Source: Bacillota bacterium
GTDB taxonomy: Bacteria; Bacillota; Clostridia; Oscillospirales; Acutalibacteraceae
Reading direction: 5' to 3'
Length of the DNA: 64,000 nucleotides
Assembly (NCBI GenBank): GCA_023418995.1
Contig: JAEZYP010000037.1
Span: 48,041 to 112,040 of the forward strand
The notes under the pieces are model-generated. The model did not search any database and was not told the DNA's origin. It saw nothing but the letters and a program-made list of their open reading frames with translations. This document shows positions 24,701 to 32,189 of this stretch, in pieces. Position 1 is the stretch's first letter. The number at the start of each line of letters is the position of its first letter. The translations under genes were made by a program, and so were the position numbers.

Positions 24701-25043
24701 TCCAAGGTCCGGTAAGTCCCACCAGCGCCGGCTTGATTACCTCATTGTAATAGACGAAATCATAGCCGTTCGTTTTATCGTACGCGCGCTGAATCCGCCC
24801 GCCAAGCTCCGGCAAAATCATAACCTTAAGATAATCATTTTCAAGAAAAACAGCGCTATAGGTCTGATCTTTTTTCTCATCATATATTTTATCAATGACA
24901 GGGATAGGATACACCTTCCCGGAGCTGCCCTGGTAAACACGCTTTTCTAAAAACATGGGGTTTTTATCAGCGGCGCCCACTCCGTAGGTAGGTATTGTCA
25001 CTTCTTCCTGCCATACTTCCACTTGTTTTGCAATATGCTTCAT
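21735..25043 (-). CDS. DUF5107-domain protein fused to a long TPR region (1102 aa)
   Basis: N-terminus MKHIAKQVEVWQEEVTIPTYGVGAADKNPMF...GPWISGGIEFNWPQHHRPS matches the recalled DUF5107 pattern. The C-terminal ~600 aa is TPR-like. No signal peptide. Confidence 0.7.
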   Translation of the reverse strand: MKHIAKQVEVWQEEVTIPTYGVGAADKNPMFLEKRVYQGSSGKVYPIPVIDKIYDEKKDQTYSAVFLENDYLKVMILPELGGRIQRAYDKTNGYDFVYYNEVIKPALVGLTGPWISGGIEFNWPQHHRPSTFSPVDYTLCENSDGSRTVRVSETDKINGTKGMASFTLYPDRAYIEIKGQLYNPTDMPQTFLWWANPAVSVNDYTQSIFPPDVHAVMDHGKRDVSKFPVATGVYYKHDYGAGVDISRYKNIPVPTSYMAYHSDFNFVGGYDYSVEAGILHIADHHVSPGKKQWTWGSGEFGKAWDRNLTDENGPYIELMTGMFTDNQPDFTWLKPFEEKCFTQYFMPYKKAGSVKNANTEVVLNLEADGKAAELCVYATGVYNKTKILLQAGSTTLYEAVQTISPNDVLTARIPAEGIRKEELTLSVFDEAGRLMLSYTPSPDKIEKIPEPAQPAKDPKEIPTNEELYLTGLHIEQYRHATYLPDPYYLEGLRRDPGDSRLNNAYGLLLFRRGLFRDSEAYFRKAVERIIWKNPNPYDSEPYYNLGLSLLYQKRNDEAFDAFYKATWTSAQQEMSFYHLAAIAAGKGSWEEALGYAERSLVKNLHNIKARALKALILRKLGKTEEAKIWLAENLRLDPFDYVSSLEQASLTGIGHGETLALMRNEPETFLASASQYASCGCLEEAIGVLNLCTAEHPMLAYYEAYYQALFGNDEASQAALAEAVRRSPLYCFPNRLDDIPVLEFAIETARSDAKAPYYLGNLWYDRRQYKKARELWEKSVQLDDSFPTAWRNLSLAYYNKEHDPNKAQKALETAFALDRTDARVFLELDQLYKKRGMSPAERVRNYDANKDVFEQRDDLCVEYITLLNLLGRHKEAYEHTQIRKFHPWEGGEGKVTKQYMLALVELAREALEAGEAAKAKELLTKALIFPENLGEGKLEGEKNNDIYYYLGCACEALGDTEGAKRSWELAAAGDQEPAGMMYYNDQPADMIFYQGLALQRLGQAEKAFSRFNKLVDYGEKHIFDDVRIDYFAVSLPDLQLFDEDLNQRNRAHCLYLIALGCCGLGYRNRAVKACDETLKIDCAHMGAVLHQKLFQNSGPGKK

Positions 25044-25091
25044 GAAAATGCCTCCTGTTTATCGATTCAGATGATACCGTAAAATACGTAT

Positions 25092-25120
25092 TTGACTATT
25101 CTGATTTAAATATCTATAAT
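25092..25120 (+). promoter_or_regulatory. Near-consensus sigma-A promoter for the AraC-family gene
   Basis: TTGACT, 17-nt spacer, TATAAT. Confidence 0.55.
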
Positions 25121-25165
25121 TAAAGAAAAGATTTCTGTTTTTTCAAACTCAAAGGAGAATCTGAC

Positions 25166-26041
25166 GTGAAAATAAATGACCAAGGCGTTCTGGAAGCTTC
25201 CGATATTTATTTCCACACGCACAGCTCGCAGGCTAAAGAAATGTATTTTTACCCGCTTTGCACCGGTCATTATTTTTGCGACAGCACCTATTCGGTAAAT
25301 CGGCAAAGCTATAACAGCTTCCTGATTATTTATGTTCGCAAGGGCAACGGCTTTGTAGAGCAGAACGGACGTCACATTCCGCTTAACGAAGGTTCCCTGG
25401 CGTTTATTGACTGTTATTTGCCTCATCAGTATTATACAAACAGCGGATGGGAAATTTACTGGGTTCATTTAGACGGGGTTCTCGCCAGACCGTATTTTGA
25501 AACCGCTACGCGCGGCGGCATTGTGTTTGCACCACAAAACCCCTATAATGCAGAGCACTGCATGACCAAGATTTTTGAAGGCTACAATGGGCACCGGAAG
25601 ATCAGCGAGGTCGTTGTTTCAAAAATTATTACGGATCTGCTAACGGAGTTGATCCTGTGTGCCAATAAGGTAGTCTCTAATTATAATAACGCGAGTGTGA
25701 TTGAAGAGGTTTTAGCTTATATTTCAGAAAATGCGGACAAACCGCTGACTCTTGGTCAGTTGGCCAAAAAAGCCTCTCTAAGCCCATACTATTTTACAAG
25801 GGTGTTTAAAAAGGAAACCGGTTTTACACCGCATGAGTATATTATTCGAGTTCGCGTTGAATTTGCGAAATTTCTGCTGACAACAACGGATGCCCGAATT
25901 AAGGAAGTCGCTTTTCGCAGCGGGTTTGAAAACGAAAGCAGCTTTTGCACCTCTTTTAAAAAGGCTACCGGTACAACCCCTTTGAAATTTAAAGGCAGCA
26001 ACTCAAAAATTTCAAAAAATAACCGCCCTGCAGGTAACTAG
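25166..26041 (+). CDS. AraC-family transcriptional regulator (cupin sensor plus HTH_18)
   Basis: C-terminal ...LTLGQLAKKASLSPYYFTRVFKKETGFTPHEYIIRVRVEFAKFLL...IKEVAFRSGFENESSFCTSFKKATGTTP. GTG start. Confidence 0.85.
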   Translation: MKINDQGVLEASDIYFHTHSSQAKEMYFYPLCTGHYFCDSTYSVNRQSYNSFLIIYVRKGNGFVEQNGRHIPLNEGSLAFIDCYLPHQYYTNSGWEIYWVHLDGVLARPYFETATRGGIVFAPQNPYNAEHCMTKIFEGYNGHRKISEVVVSKIITDLLTELILCANKVVSNYNNASVIEEVLAYISENADKPLTLGQLAKKASLSPYYFTRVFKKETGFTPHEYIIRVRVEFAKFLLTTTDARIKEVAFRSGFENESSFCTSFKKATGTTPLKFKGSNSKISKNNRPAGN

Positions 26042-26061
26042 AACAGGGCGGTTTTCTTTTT
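26021..26061 (+). terminator. Intrinsic terminator of the AraC-family gene
   Basis: AACCGCCCTG, loop, CAGGGCGGTT, then TTCTTTTT. Overlaps the stop codon. Confidence 0.7.
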
Positions 26062-26150
26062 GAAACCACTGTACCGTCCCATGAAGGTGTGCTTTACACA
26101 TCCACTCTGGTAATTTTCAGCGGCCGGTTTGAATTGCAGCTAAGCTCTGC

Positions 26151-27194
26151 TTAGTTTGCGGCGGCACCCATAACCTGCTTGTAGTTTTCAGAGGTAACGA
26201 TTTCGGCGCTGACCGCTGTTTCCTGCTGCACTTCTTTGCCTGAAATCTTATCAAGAAGCACCTGTACGGAACCGGCACCTACGGAATCCGAGGAGAAATA
26301 TGTGGCCGCTTTCATCGGGGAGCCGTTTGCCTTTTTGAATTCGTCTTTTGCAAGGTAAGCGCCAAGACCCACTACACACGCGTTTTTATCCAGCCCGGCA
26401 CTCTCAAGCGCACGGCACGCGCCTACGGTACCCTCTTCGTTGGCACCGGTAACCAGCCAAGTCTTGATTTCAGGGTGCGCGGTAAATACTGCCGAGGCCG
26501 CAGTGTTTCCCTTGTCGGTCGTTCCGTCGTAATCTGCCTTAAAGATTCTGCTCTTGTTAAAATCGGCACAGTTTTTTACAAACGCATCCTCTTCGCCCTT
26601 TGCCCGTGGTACGCAGCTGGAGACCGTATCCATGGTCATAATCAGCAGGCCGACATCGGATTTGGCGGCAAGGCTGTTTTTATTTGCGTATTCCGCCAGC
26701 CATTTGCCGTTGGCCTCGCCGATTTTGTAAGCATCAATGCCAACCCAGGGAGCGATTTTTTTACCGCTTCCATCCTGCAGCGCGTCATCGGCGGCTATAA
26801 CCGGGATATTTGCCGCACTCAGCTTGTCCACAACAGACTGGGACATCGTCTGGTCAGGGATGCAGGTAACCACGCCGGAGGCTTTGTTTGCGATTGCGTT
26901 GTCGATTGCTTTCAGGTATTCTTCCGGGCTCATTTTGGCGTCGACATAAATAAATTCGCCGCCGGCTGCCTCAACCGCCTTTTGAGCTGCTTTGCCTTCA
27001 TCGATAAACCAGGTTTGATCGCCGGCCTTGTAGATGCCGTATACGGTCAGCTTTGCGGATTTTGATGTGGCAGAAGCCGCTTCAGAGGGTGCTGCGGCAG
27101 ACGCAGCCGCTGAGCTTGAGGGGGCGCTGCTGCAACCTGTAAACGCGGTGACAGCCATTGCTACTGCTAAAATCAGAGATAATGCTTTTTTCAT
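26151..27194 (-). CDS. Sugar ABC transporter substrate-binding lipoprotein, AraF-like
   Basis: Lipobox LILAVAMAVTAFTGCSS. VIAADDALQDGSGKKIAPWVGIDAYKIGE and HPEIKTWLVTGANEEGTVGACRALESAG parallel E. coli AraF segments as I recall them. Confidence 0.75.
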   Translation of the reverse strand: MKKALSLILAVAMAVTAFTGCSSAPSSSAAASAAAPSEAASATSKSAKLTVYGIYKAGDQTWFIDEGKAAQKAVEAAGGEFIYVDAKMSPEEYLKAIDNAIANKASGVVTCIPDQTMSQSVVDKLSAANIPVIAADDALQDGSGKKIAPWVGIDAYKIGEANGKWLAEYANKNSLAAKSDVGLLIMTMDTVSSCVPRAKGEEDAFVKNCADFNKSRIFKADYDGTTDKGNTAASAVFTAHPEIKTWLVTGANEEGTVGACRALESAGLDKNACVVGLGAYLAKDEFKKANGSPMKAATYFSSDSVGAGSVQVLLDKISGKEVQQETAVSAEIVTSENYKQVMGAAAN

Positions 27195-27261
27195 ATACTT
27201 TTCCTCCTAAATGATTTTTTATTTTATTCACATACCTTATGTATGTTGGCTGACAAAAAGA

Positions 27262-28269
27262 TCAGGCATTTTTCATGCTGGCCGCGAGCAGCTGCTTGTT
27301 GCGCTTTTCCTTACGCAGGTAGTCTGTGGTAAGTGCAAACAGCAGAAGTGCGCCGCGGGCGACATACTGCCAGAACGAGGGTACGTTTACCATGATCAAA
27401 CCTGTATTGAAGGCCTGGATCAAAATAATACCGAGTACGGTACCCCCCATGTTCCCGACGCCGCCGGTAAAGGAAACGCCGCCGAGAATAACCGCTGTAA
27501 TAGCGTCAAACTCAAGGTTGACATTCGCGGCGGGCTGGCCGCTGTTCATTCTGGCGGCAAACACGATTCCGCCGATTCCGCAGAACAGACCCATCATAAT
27601 AAAGCAAATCGTAATAATCTTCTGGGGGTTAAGCCCTGCAAGACGCGCGGCGTCCTTGTTTCCGCCAATTGCGTAGATACTGCGCCCGAATTTTGTTTTT
27701 GCAAGGATAAAACCAAAAACCGCAATGGAGATTACCATAATCCATACGGAAAGGGGAATATCAAGAAAGCGAGCTTTCCCGATCTCGATGAATCCCGTAT
27801 CGCTGATTGCAACCGGCTTGCCGTCGCAAATGATATAGGCGAAGCCGCGAAGGATTGCCTGCGACACCAACGTTGCGATAAACGGGTCAAGCCTGATTTT
27901 GTTGACCATCAGCGCGTTGCAGACGCCGACAGCAGCGGCAACCGCCAGAGTAATCAGAATGGATACCACCAGCGGAACCTTCCAGCTTACCAGCAGCGCG
28001 CAGAGCGTTCCGGAAAGAGCGGCTAGCGAACCAGGCGACAGGTCGTTCTGTGCCGCAATGATCAGGTATGTATGACCGATTGCCACCAGACCGACCAGAG
28101 AAGCCGCAACCAGAAGGTTAACGATATTTGTAACAGAAAAAAAGTTGGAATTAATGGATGAAAAAAGGATAAAAACCAGAACGATAGCCCCCATCAGTAC
28201 TAATTTTTCACCACCGATTGCACCGAGTGCATTCTGCAATCCTTTTTTCTCTTTTGATGTTTCGTTCAT
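27262..28269 (-). CDS. Sugar ABC transporter permease (AraH/RbsC type)
   Basis: 335-aa polytopic membrane protein. 4-nt overlap with the ATPase gene. Confidence 0.8.
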   Translation of the reverse strand: MNETSKEKKGLQNALGAIGGEKLVLMGAIVLVFILFSSINSNFFSVTNIVNLLVAASLVGLVAIGHTYLIIAAQNDLSPGSLAALSGTLCALLVSWKVPLVVSILITLAVAAAVGVCNALMVNKIRLDPFIATLVSQAILRGFAYIICDGKPVAISDTGFIEIGKARFLDIPLSVWIMVISIAVFGFILAKTKFGRSIYAIGGNKDAARLAGLNPQKIITICFIMMGLFCGIGGIVFAARMNSGQPAANVNLEFDAITAVILGGVSFTGGVGNMGGTVLGIILIQAFNTGLIMVNVPSFWQYVARGALLLFALTTDYLRKEKRNKQLLAASMKNA

Positions 28270-29771
28270 TGTGTGTCCTCCCCTATCATGCCCATACTGA
28301 GAAGCCTATCCTCGGTTGCCTCATCATGGGAAATTTCGCCCACAATTTTAAGCGACTTCATTACAATAATGCGGTCGGAAAGTCCCATAACCTCGGGCAT
28401 TTCCGAAGAAATCAGGATAACGCCGAGCCCCTGCTTTGCAAAGGCGCATATCATGCGGTAAAATTCCGACTTCGCGCCCACGTCGATTCCCTTGGTGGGC
28501 TCGTCCAGAATCAATACCTTCGGGTTTGTCGCGATCCAGCGGGCTACGATACATTTCTGCTGATTTCCGCCGGAAAGCTCAATGATTTTTTTATCTGCCG
28601 ACGGGGTTTTAATTTGAAACTCCTCAATTCCCCTTGCGGCAACTTCCTGTTCCTTCTTTTTATCTACCACCCCAAAGCGATTGGAGTTTTGATTAAGCAT
28701 GGAAATATTGATGTTCCCCCGAACACTCAGGTTTGCGAGAATCCCCTGCATTTTCCGATCCTCCGGCACAAGCACGATTCCGTTGTTCATTGCATCCTTT
28801 GGGGAATGGTTTACTATTTTTTGCCCCTCCAGGTAAACCTCGCCGGTACGCAGTTTATCCGCGCCGATAATTGCGCGCATCAGCTCCGTGCGACCCGCGC
28901 CAACCAGCCCGCTGAACCCAAGCACCTCACCGCGCCGAAGTTGAAAGGAGTTTTCTTTCACGTAATCAGAGGAGACATTTTTGACATCCAAAAGAACGTC
29001 ACCGATTGTTTTCTCCCTGTCCAGACTCTTATACACATCGCCCAGATCACGACCCACCATCATTTTAATCAATTCCTTTTCAGGAACCTCCCCGTTCACT
29101 ACGGTACGCACATACCGTCCGTCCTTGAAAATGGCAACTTTGTCGGTAATCTGCCTGAGCTCATCCATTCGGTGCGAAACATAAACAATGATTTTATTTT
29201 CGCTTTTCAGCTTACGAATAATCGCGAACAAACATTCAATTTCAGAATCACTCAGGCTGGCGGTCGGCTCGTCAAAACATATCACCTTCAGATTGTCACG
29301 GCTGTAGGCTTTCATGATTTCCACCATCTGCTGGTAAGCGATGCTTAAATCCTTTACCTTTGTCTGCGGAGAAATCGGCAACCCAAAATCGTTGATGATT
29401 TTCTGCGCCATATGGTTTGCCTGGCGCGTACTGATTACGCCAAACTGATTAACCGGCATCCTTCCAAGGTAAATATTTTCGGCAACGCTCAGCTCCAGCA
29501 AAATTTGGCGTTCCTGATAAATAACGCTGATGCCTTCTTCTATCGCTTCATGCGGGGAATGAAAATGCTTTTGAACCCCATCCAGTAAGTACTCCCCTTT
29601 ATCCGGCTGATAATCGCCGTTGAGAACCTTTAACAGTGTTGATTTACCTGCTCCGTTTTCTCCGAGGAAAGCCAGCACTTCGCCGCTATGTGCCTGGAAA
29701 CTAATATCATCCAGTGCAATTACACCGGGAAAATATTTGGAAATGCTTTTGAATTCCAGTACACTTCCCAT
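28266..29771 (-). CDS. Sugar ABC transporter ATP-binding protein, tandem ABC domains (AraG/RbsA type)
   Basis: GENGAGKSTL Walker A, LSGGNQQK signature, 501 aa. Confidence 0.88.
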   Translation of the reverse strand: MGSVLEFKSISKYFPGVIALDDISFQAHSGEVLAFLGENGAGKSTLLKVLNGDYQPDKGEYLLDGVQKHFHSPHEAIEEGISVIYQERQILLELSVAENIYLGRMPVNQFGVISTRQANHMAQKIINDFGLPISPQTKVKDLSIAYQQMVEIMKAYSRDNLKVICFDEPTASLSDSEIECLFAIIRKLKSENKIIVYVSHRMDELRQITDKVAIFKDGRYVRTVVNGEVPEKELIKMMVGRDLGDVYKSLDREKTIGDVLLDVKNVSSDYVKENSFQLRRGEVLGFSGLVGAGRTELMRAIIGADKLRTGEVYLEGQKIVNHSPKDAMNNGIVLVPEDRKMQGILANLSVRGNINISMLNQNSNRFGVVDKKKEQEVAARGIEEFQIKTPSADKKIIELSGGNQQKCIVARWIATNPKVLILDEPTKGIDVGAKSEFYRMICAFAKQGLGVILISSEMPEVMGLSDRIIVMKSLKIVGEISHDEATEDRLLSMGMIGEDTQ

Positions 29772-29992
29772 TCACTTATCCTCCTGACCATGTTAATTTA
29801 CTAAATTTATTTCACACAGCTTTTATATTTTGTTGACATTATGATAGCATAAACAAAATCTGTTTTGTTTTTTAAAATTGCGTAAATATTTTGAAAAATT
29901 GCTCTTTTGAACCTTCTATCTTGTTTTTTTCATAGAAAACTGTAAACTGACTATACAATTCCTAATTTTTTTAAAAACCCGAGGTACTTTAT

Positions 29993-31045
29993 ATGAAACT
30001 AACAAATATTACATCTTCATCCCCCGATTACTGCAATAATCAGCCAATATACTGCATTGAAAACAATTCGATGAGCCTTGGTATAATGGCCTTCGGCGCG
30101 ACTGTCACTTTCGTCCGAACTCCTGACAGAAACGGAAATATTAAAAATATTGCACTCTCTTTATCAGACGAAAATTCCTATTTTTCAAGCGATACCTATG
30201 CGGGCGCAACGGTAGGACCCGCGGCAGGGCGGATAAAAGGAGGTGTTCTTGCCATTCACAGTAAAAAATATCTTCTGCCGAAAAACGACGGAGAAAACAC
30301 CCTTCACAGCGGACCGAACAATCTGGGGCTTTCCCTTTGGGAGGTACGGGAAACCTTTTGCCGTGGCGGTGAAGCAGGTGTAATCTTTACACAGCACCTA
30401 TGCGACGGTCAAAACGGCTTTCCCGGAGAACGTGACATTTCCGTGCGCTACTCACTTTTTGATAATAACACATTGGAGATATCCTATTCTGCCGCTACAG
30501 ATAAAGAAACCTGGATGAATCTGACGAACCACACTTATTGGAATCTGTCGGGAGATTTTACAAGACCCGGCGACTTTCAGGCTCTTCAAATAAACGCGGA
30601 CAGTCTGTATTACAATGACCAGTCTCATCTTCCGGTATCCCGCGAAAGTGTGAAAGGTACTCCCTTCGATTTCACTTCGCCGCGTTCAATCGCGGATGCG
30701 GTACAAAGCGACCCCTCTCACCCTCAGCTACTCAACGCCCGCGGCTATAATAATGCTTATCTGTTGAAGCAAAACTGCGAACCCGCCGCCGTTTTGCACG
30801 ACCCCAACAGTGGTCGGCGTGTTACGGTGAGAACGGATTATCCTAGCCTTGTGTTTTATTCCGGCGGTTATCTTGATCATTCCGGTTATACGGATGAGCA
30901 TCAGAAAATCGCCGCCGGAGGCGCCTATGCTCTGGAAGCACAGTATTTACCCGACGCGCCCCGCCTGCTGGGTGACACCGCCCCTTTTCTTCGACCCGGA
31001 GAAGAATATCGAAAAAGCATTTCTTTTCACTTTGATACTGTGTGA
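29993..31045 (+). CDS. galM: Aldose 1-epimerase (mutarotase)
   Basis: 350 aa; ...NTLHSGPNNLG...WMNLTNHTYWNL... are typical aldose-epimerase motifs. Confidence 0.8.
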   Translation: MKLTNITSSSPDYCNNQPIYCIENNSMSLGIMAFGATVTFVRTPDRNGNIKNIALSLSDENSYFSSDTYAGATVGPAAGRIKGGVLAIHSKKYLLPKNDGENTLHSGPNNLGLSLWEVRETFCRGGEAGVIFTQHLCDGQNGFPGERDISVRYSLFDNNTLEISYSAATDKETWMNLTNHTYWNLSGDFTRPGDFQALQINADSLYYNDQSHLPVSRESVKGTPFDFTSPRSIADAVQSDPSHPQLLNARGYNNAYLLKQNCEPAAVLHDPNSGRRVTVRTDYPSLVFYSGGYLDHSGYTDEHQKIAAGGAYALEAQYLPDAPRLLGDTAPFLRPGEEYRKSISFHFDTV

Positions 31046-31140
31046 GCTTTCCAGTCCTACTATGAATTATGTACCGGCATGGGCAGACCCTTGATTTGGG
31101 ACGAATAGAGTCCCGCATTTTTTCAGCCAATATCGTTCAA

Positions 31141-31177
31141 ATCCCCATGACTGCTGGATTCATGGGGATTTTTTTAT
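31141..31177 (+). terminator. Intrinsic terminator after galM (convergent with ku)
   Basis: ATCCCCATGA, 9-nt loop, TCATGGGGAT, then TTTTTTATT. Confidence 0.75.
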
Positions 31178-31209
31178 TCTTGTCAAATTGTTTAACAAAC
31201 AACGGCATT

Positions 31210-32028
31210 CTACGCGCCTTGCTTTTTCTTTGTTTTCTTTTTTGCGGGTTCTTTATTCGCTTTCCCCTCATTCTGCTTTTCTATGCTGGCTTTCAGCGCG
31301 TCCATAAGATCAATCACTTTTCCCGCCGGTTCCTGCGAAGTGGCGGCCACAACTTCTTTTCCGGCAATTTTTGTCTCAATTAGCTCTTTGAGCCTTCCCT
31401 GATATTCGTCCTGATACTGTGACGGATCAAAAGGCGTGTCCATTGAATCAATTAATACCTGCGCCATTTTCAGCTCCTGCTCGGTCGGTACCGGAACGTC
31501 ATAGGATTTTTGCAGTTCCTTAATGTCATCCTGATAAAACATGGTTGAAATCAACATCCCATTTTCTCGTGGGATAATTGCCATTAGAGTATCCTTTGTC
31601 CCCAATACGGTCTTACCGATGGCAATTTTCTGCTCCCGCATTAAGGCCGATCTCAGAAGTTCAAACGCCTTTTCCCCTCCCTTATCCGGAATCGCCTGAT
31701 ATGTTCTGTCATAATAAACCGGAGATATCTGGTTTAACTGTGCAAAGTGCAGGATTTGAATTGACCTTTCCTTTTCGGTCTTAATTTTCTCTATTTCCTC
31801 ATCTGAAACGACGACATACTGGTCTTTATCATATTCATAGCCTTTGATGATATCCTCGCTTTTCAGTTCCTTGCCACAATGCGCACAGGTTTTTTTATAC
31901 CGCACACGGCTCTGGTCCTCTTTGTGCAGCTGATTAAAATGAATATCGTTATCCTGCGTTGCTGTGTACATTGATACGGGAATCGCCACAAGTCCAAAAG
32001 AAATAACGGAATGTTGTGCTGCCGGCAT
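31210..32028 (-). CDS. ku: Ku protein (NHEJ)
   Basis: ...ISFGLVAIPVSMYTAT... Ku core and a basic C-terminal tail. ATG 32028 is preceded by GGAGGTG. Confidence 0.88.
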   Translation of the reverse strand: MPAAQHSVISFGLVAIPVSMYTATQDNDIHFNQLHKEDQSRVRYKKTCAHCGKELKSEDIIKGYEYDKDQYVVVSDEEIEKIKTEKERSIQILHFAQLNQISPVYYDRTYQAIPDKGGEKAFELLRSALMREQKIAIGKTVLGTKDTLMAIIPRENGMLISTMFYQDDIKELQKSYDVPVPTEQELKMAQVLIDSMDTPFDPSQYQDEYQGRLKELIETKIAGKEVVAATSQEPAGKVIDLMDALKASIEKQNEGKANKEPAKKKTKKKQGA

Positions 32029-32106
32029 AAATTCCACCTCCGCGTTTAGTTTAACCAGAGTACCGAAAAATACAATGACGCCTTGGAAGCAGATTTCAAC
32101 TTTATC

Positions 32107-32137
32107 TGAATAAACCGCAAAGGAGCAACGGATAATA
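32107..32137 (+). promoter_or_regulatory. Forespore-type (SigG/SigF-like) promoter candidate upstream of ligD
   Basis: TGAATA, 18-nt spacer, GATAATA, compared with the recalled consensus TGAATA-N17/18-CATnnTA. Confidence 0.3.
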
Positions 32138-32189
32138 ACCAGAAGCTTCCAATTTTAAATCAAGCATATAATTAACAAGGTGAATATCA

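Noticed and set aside
23841-24950. 369-aa plus-strand ORF, along with 21981-22532, 22529-23224 and 23079-23570
   Set aside because: They are entirely antisense to the 1102-aa DUF5107-TPR gene in GC-rich DNA. Their products are Arg/Pro/Gly-biased and low in complexity, with no RBS or recognisable motifs. These are shadow ORFs.
27211-29348. Long plus-strand ORFs 27211-28026 (271 aa) and 28218-29348 (376 aa)
   Set aside because: They are antisense to the ABC permease and ATPase genes, which carry unambiguous Walker and signature motifs. These are shadow ORFs.
29851-29872. AAACAAAA-TCTG-TTTTGTTT inverted repeat between the ABC operon and galM, as an AraC operator or a terminator
   Set aside because: The 8-bp stem is entirely AT, so it is too weak and too common in AT-rich intergenic DNA to be interpreted.
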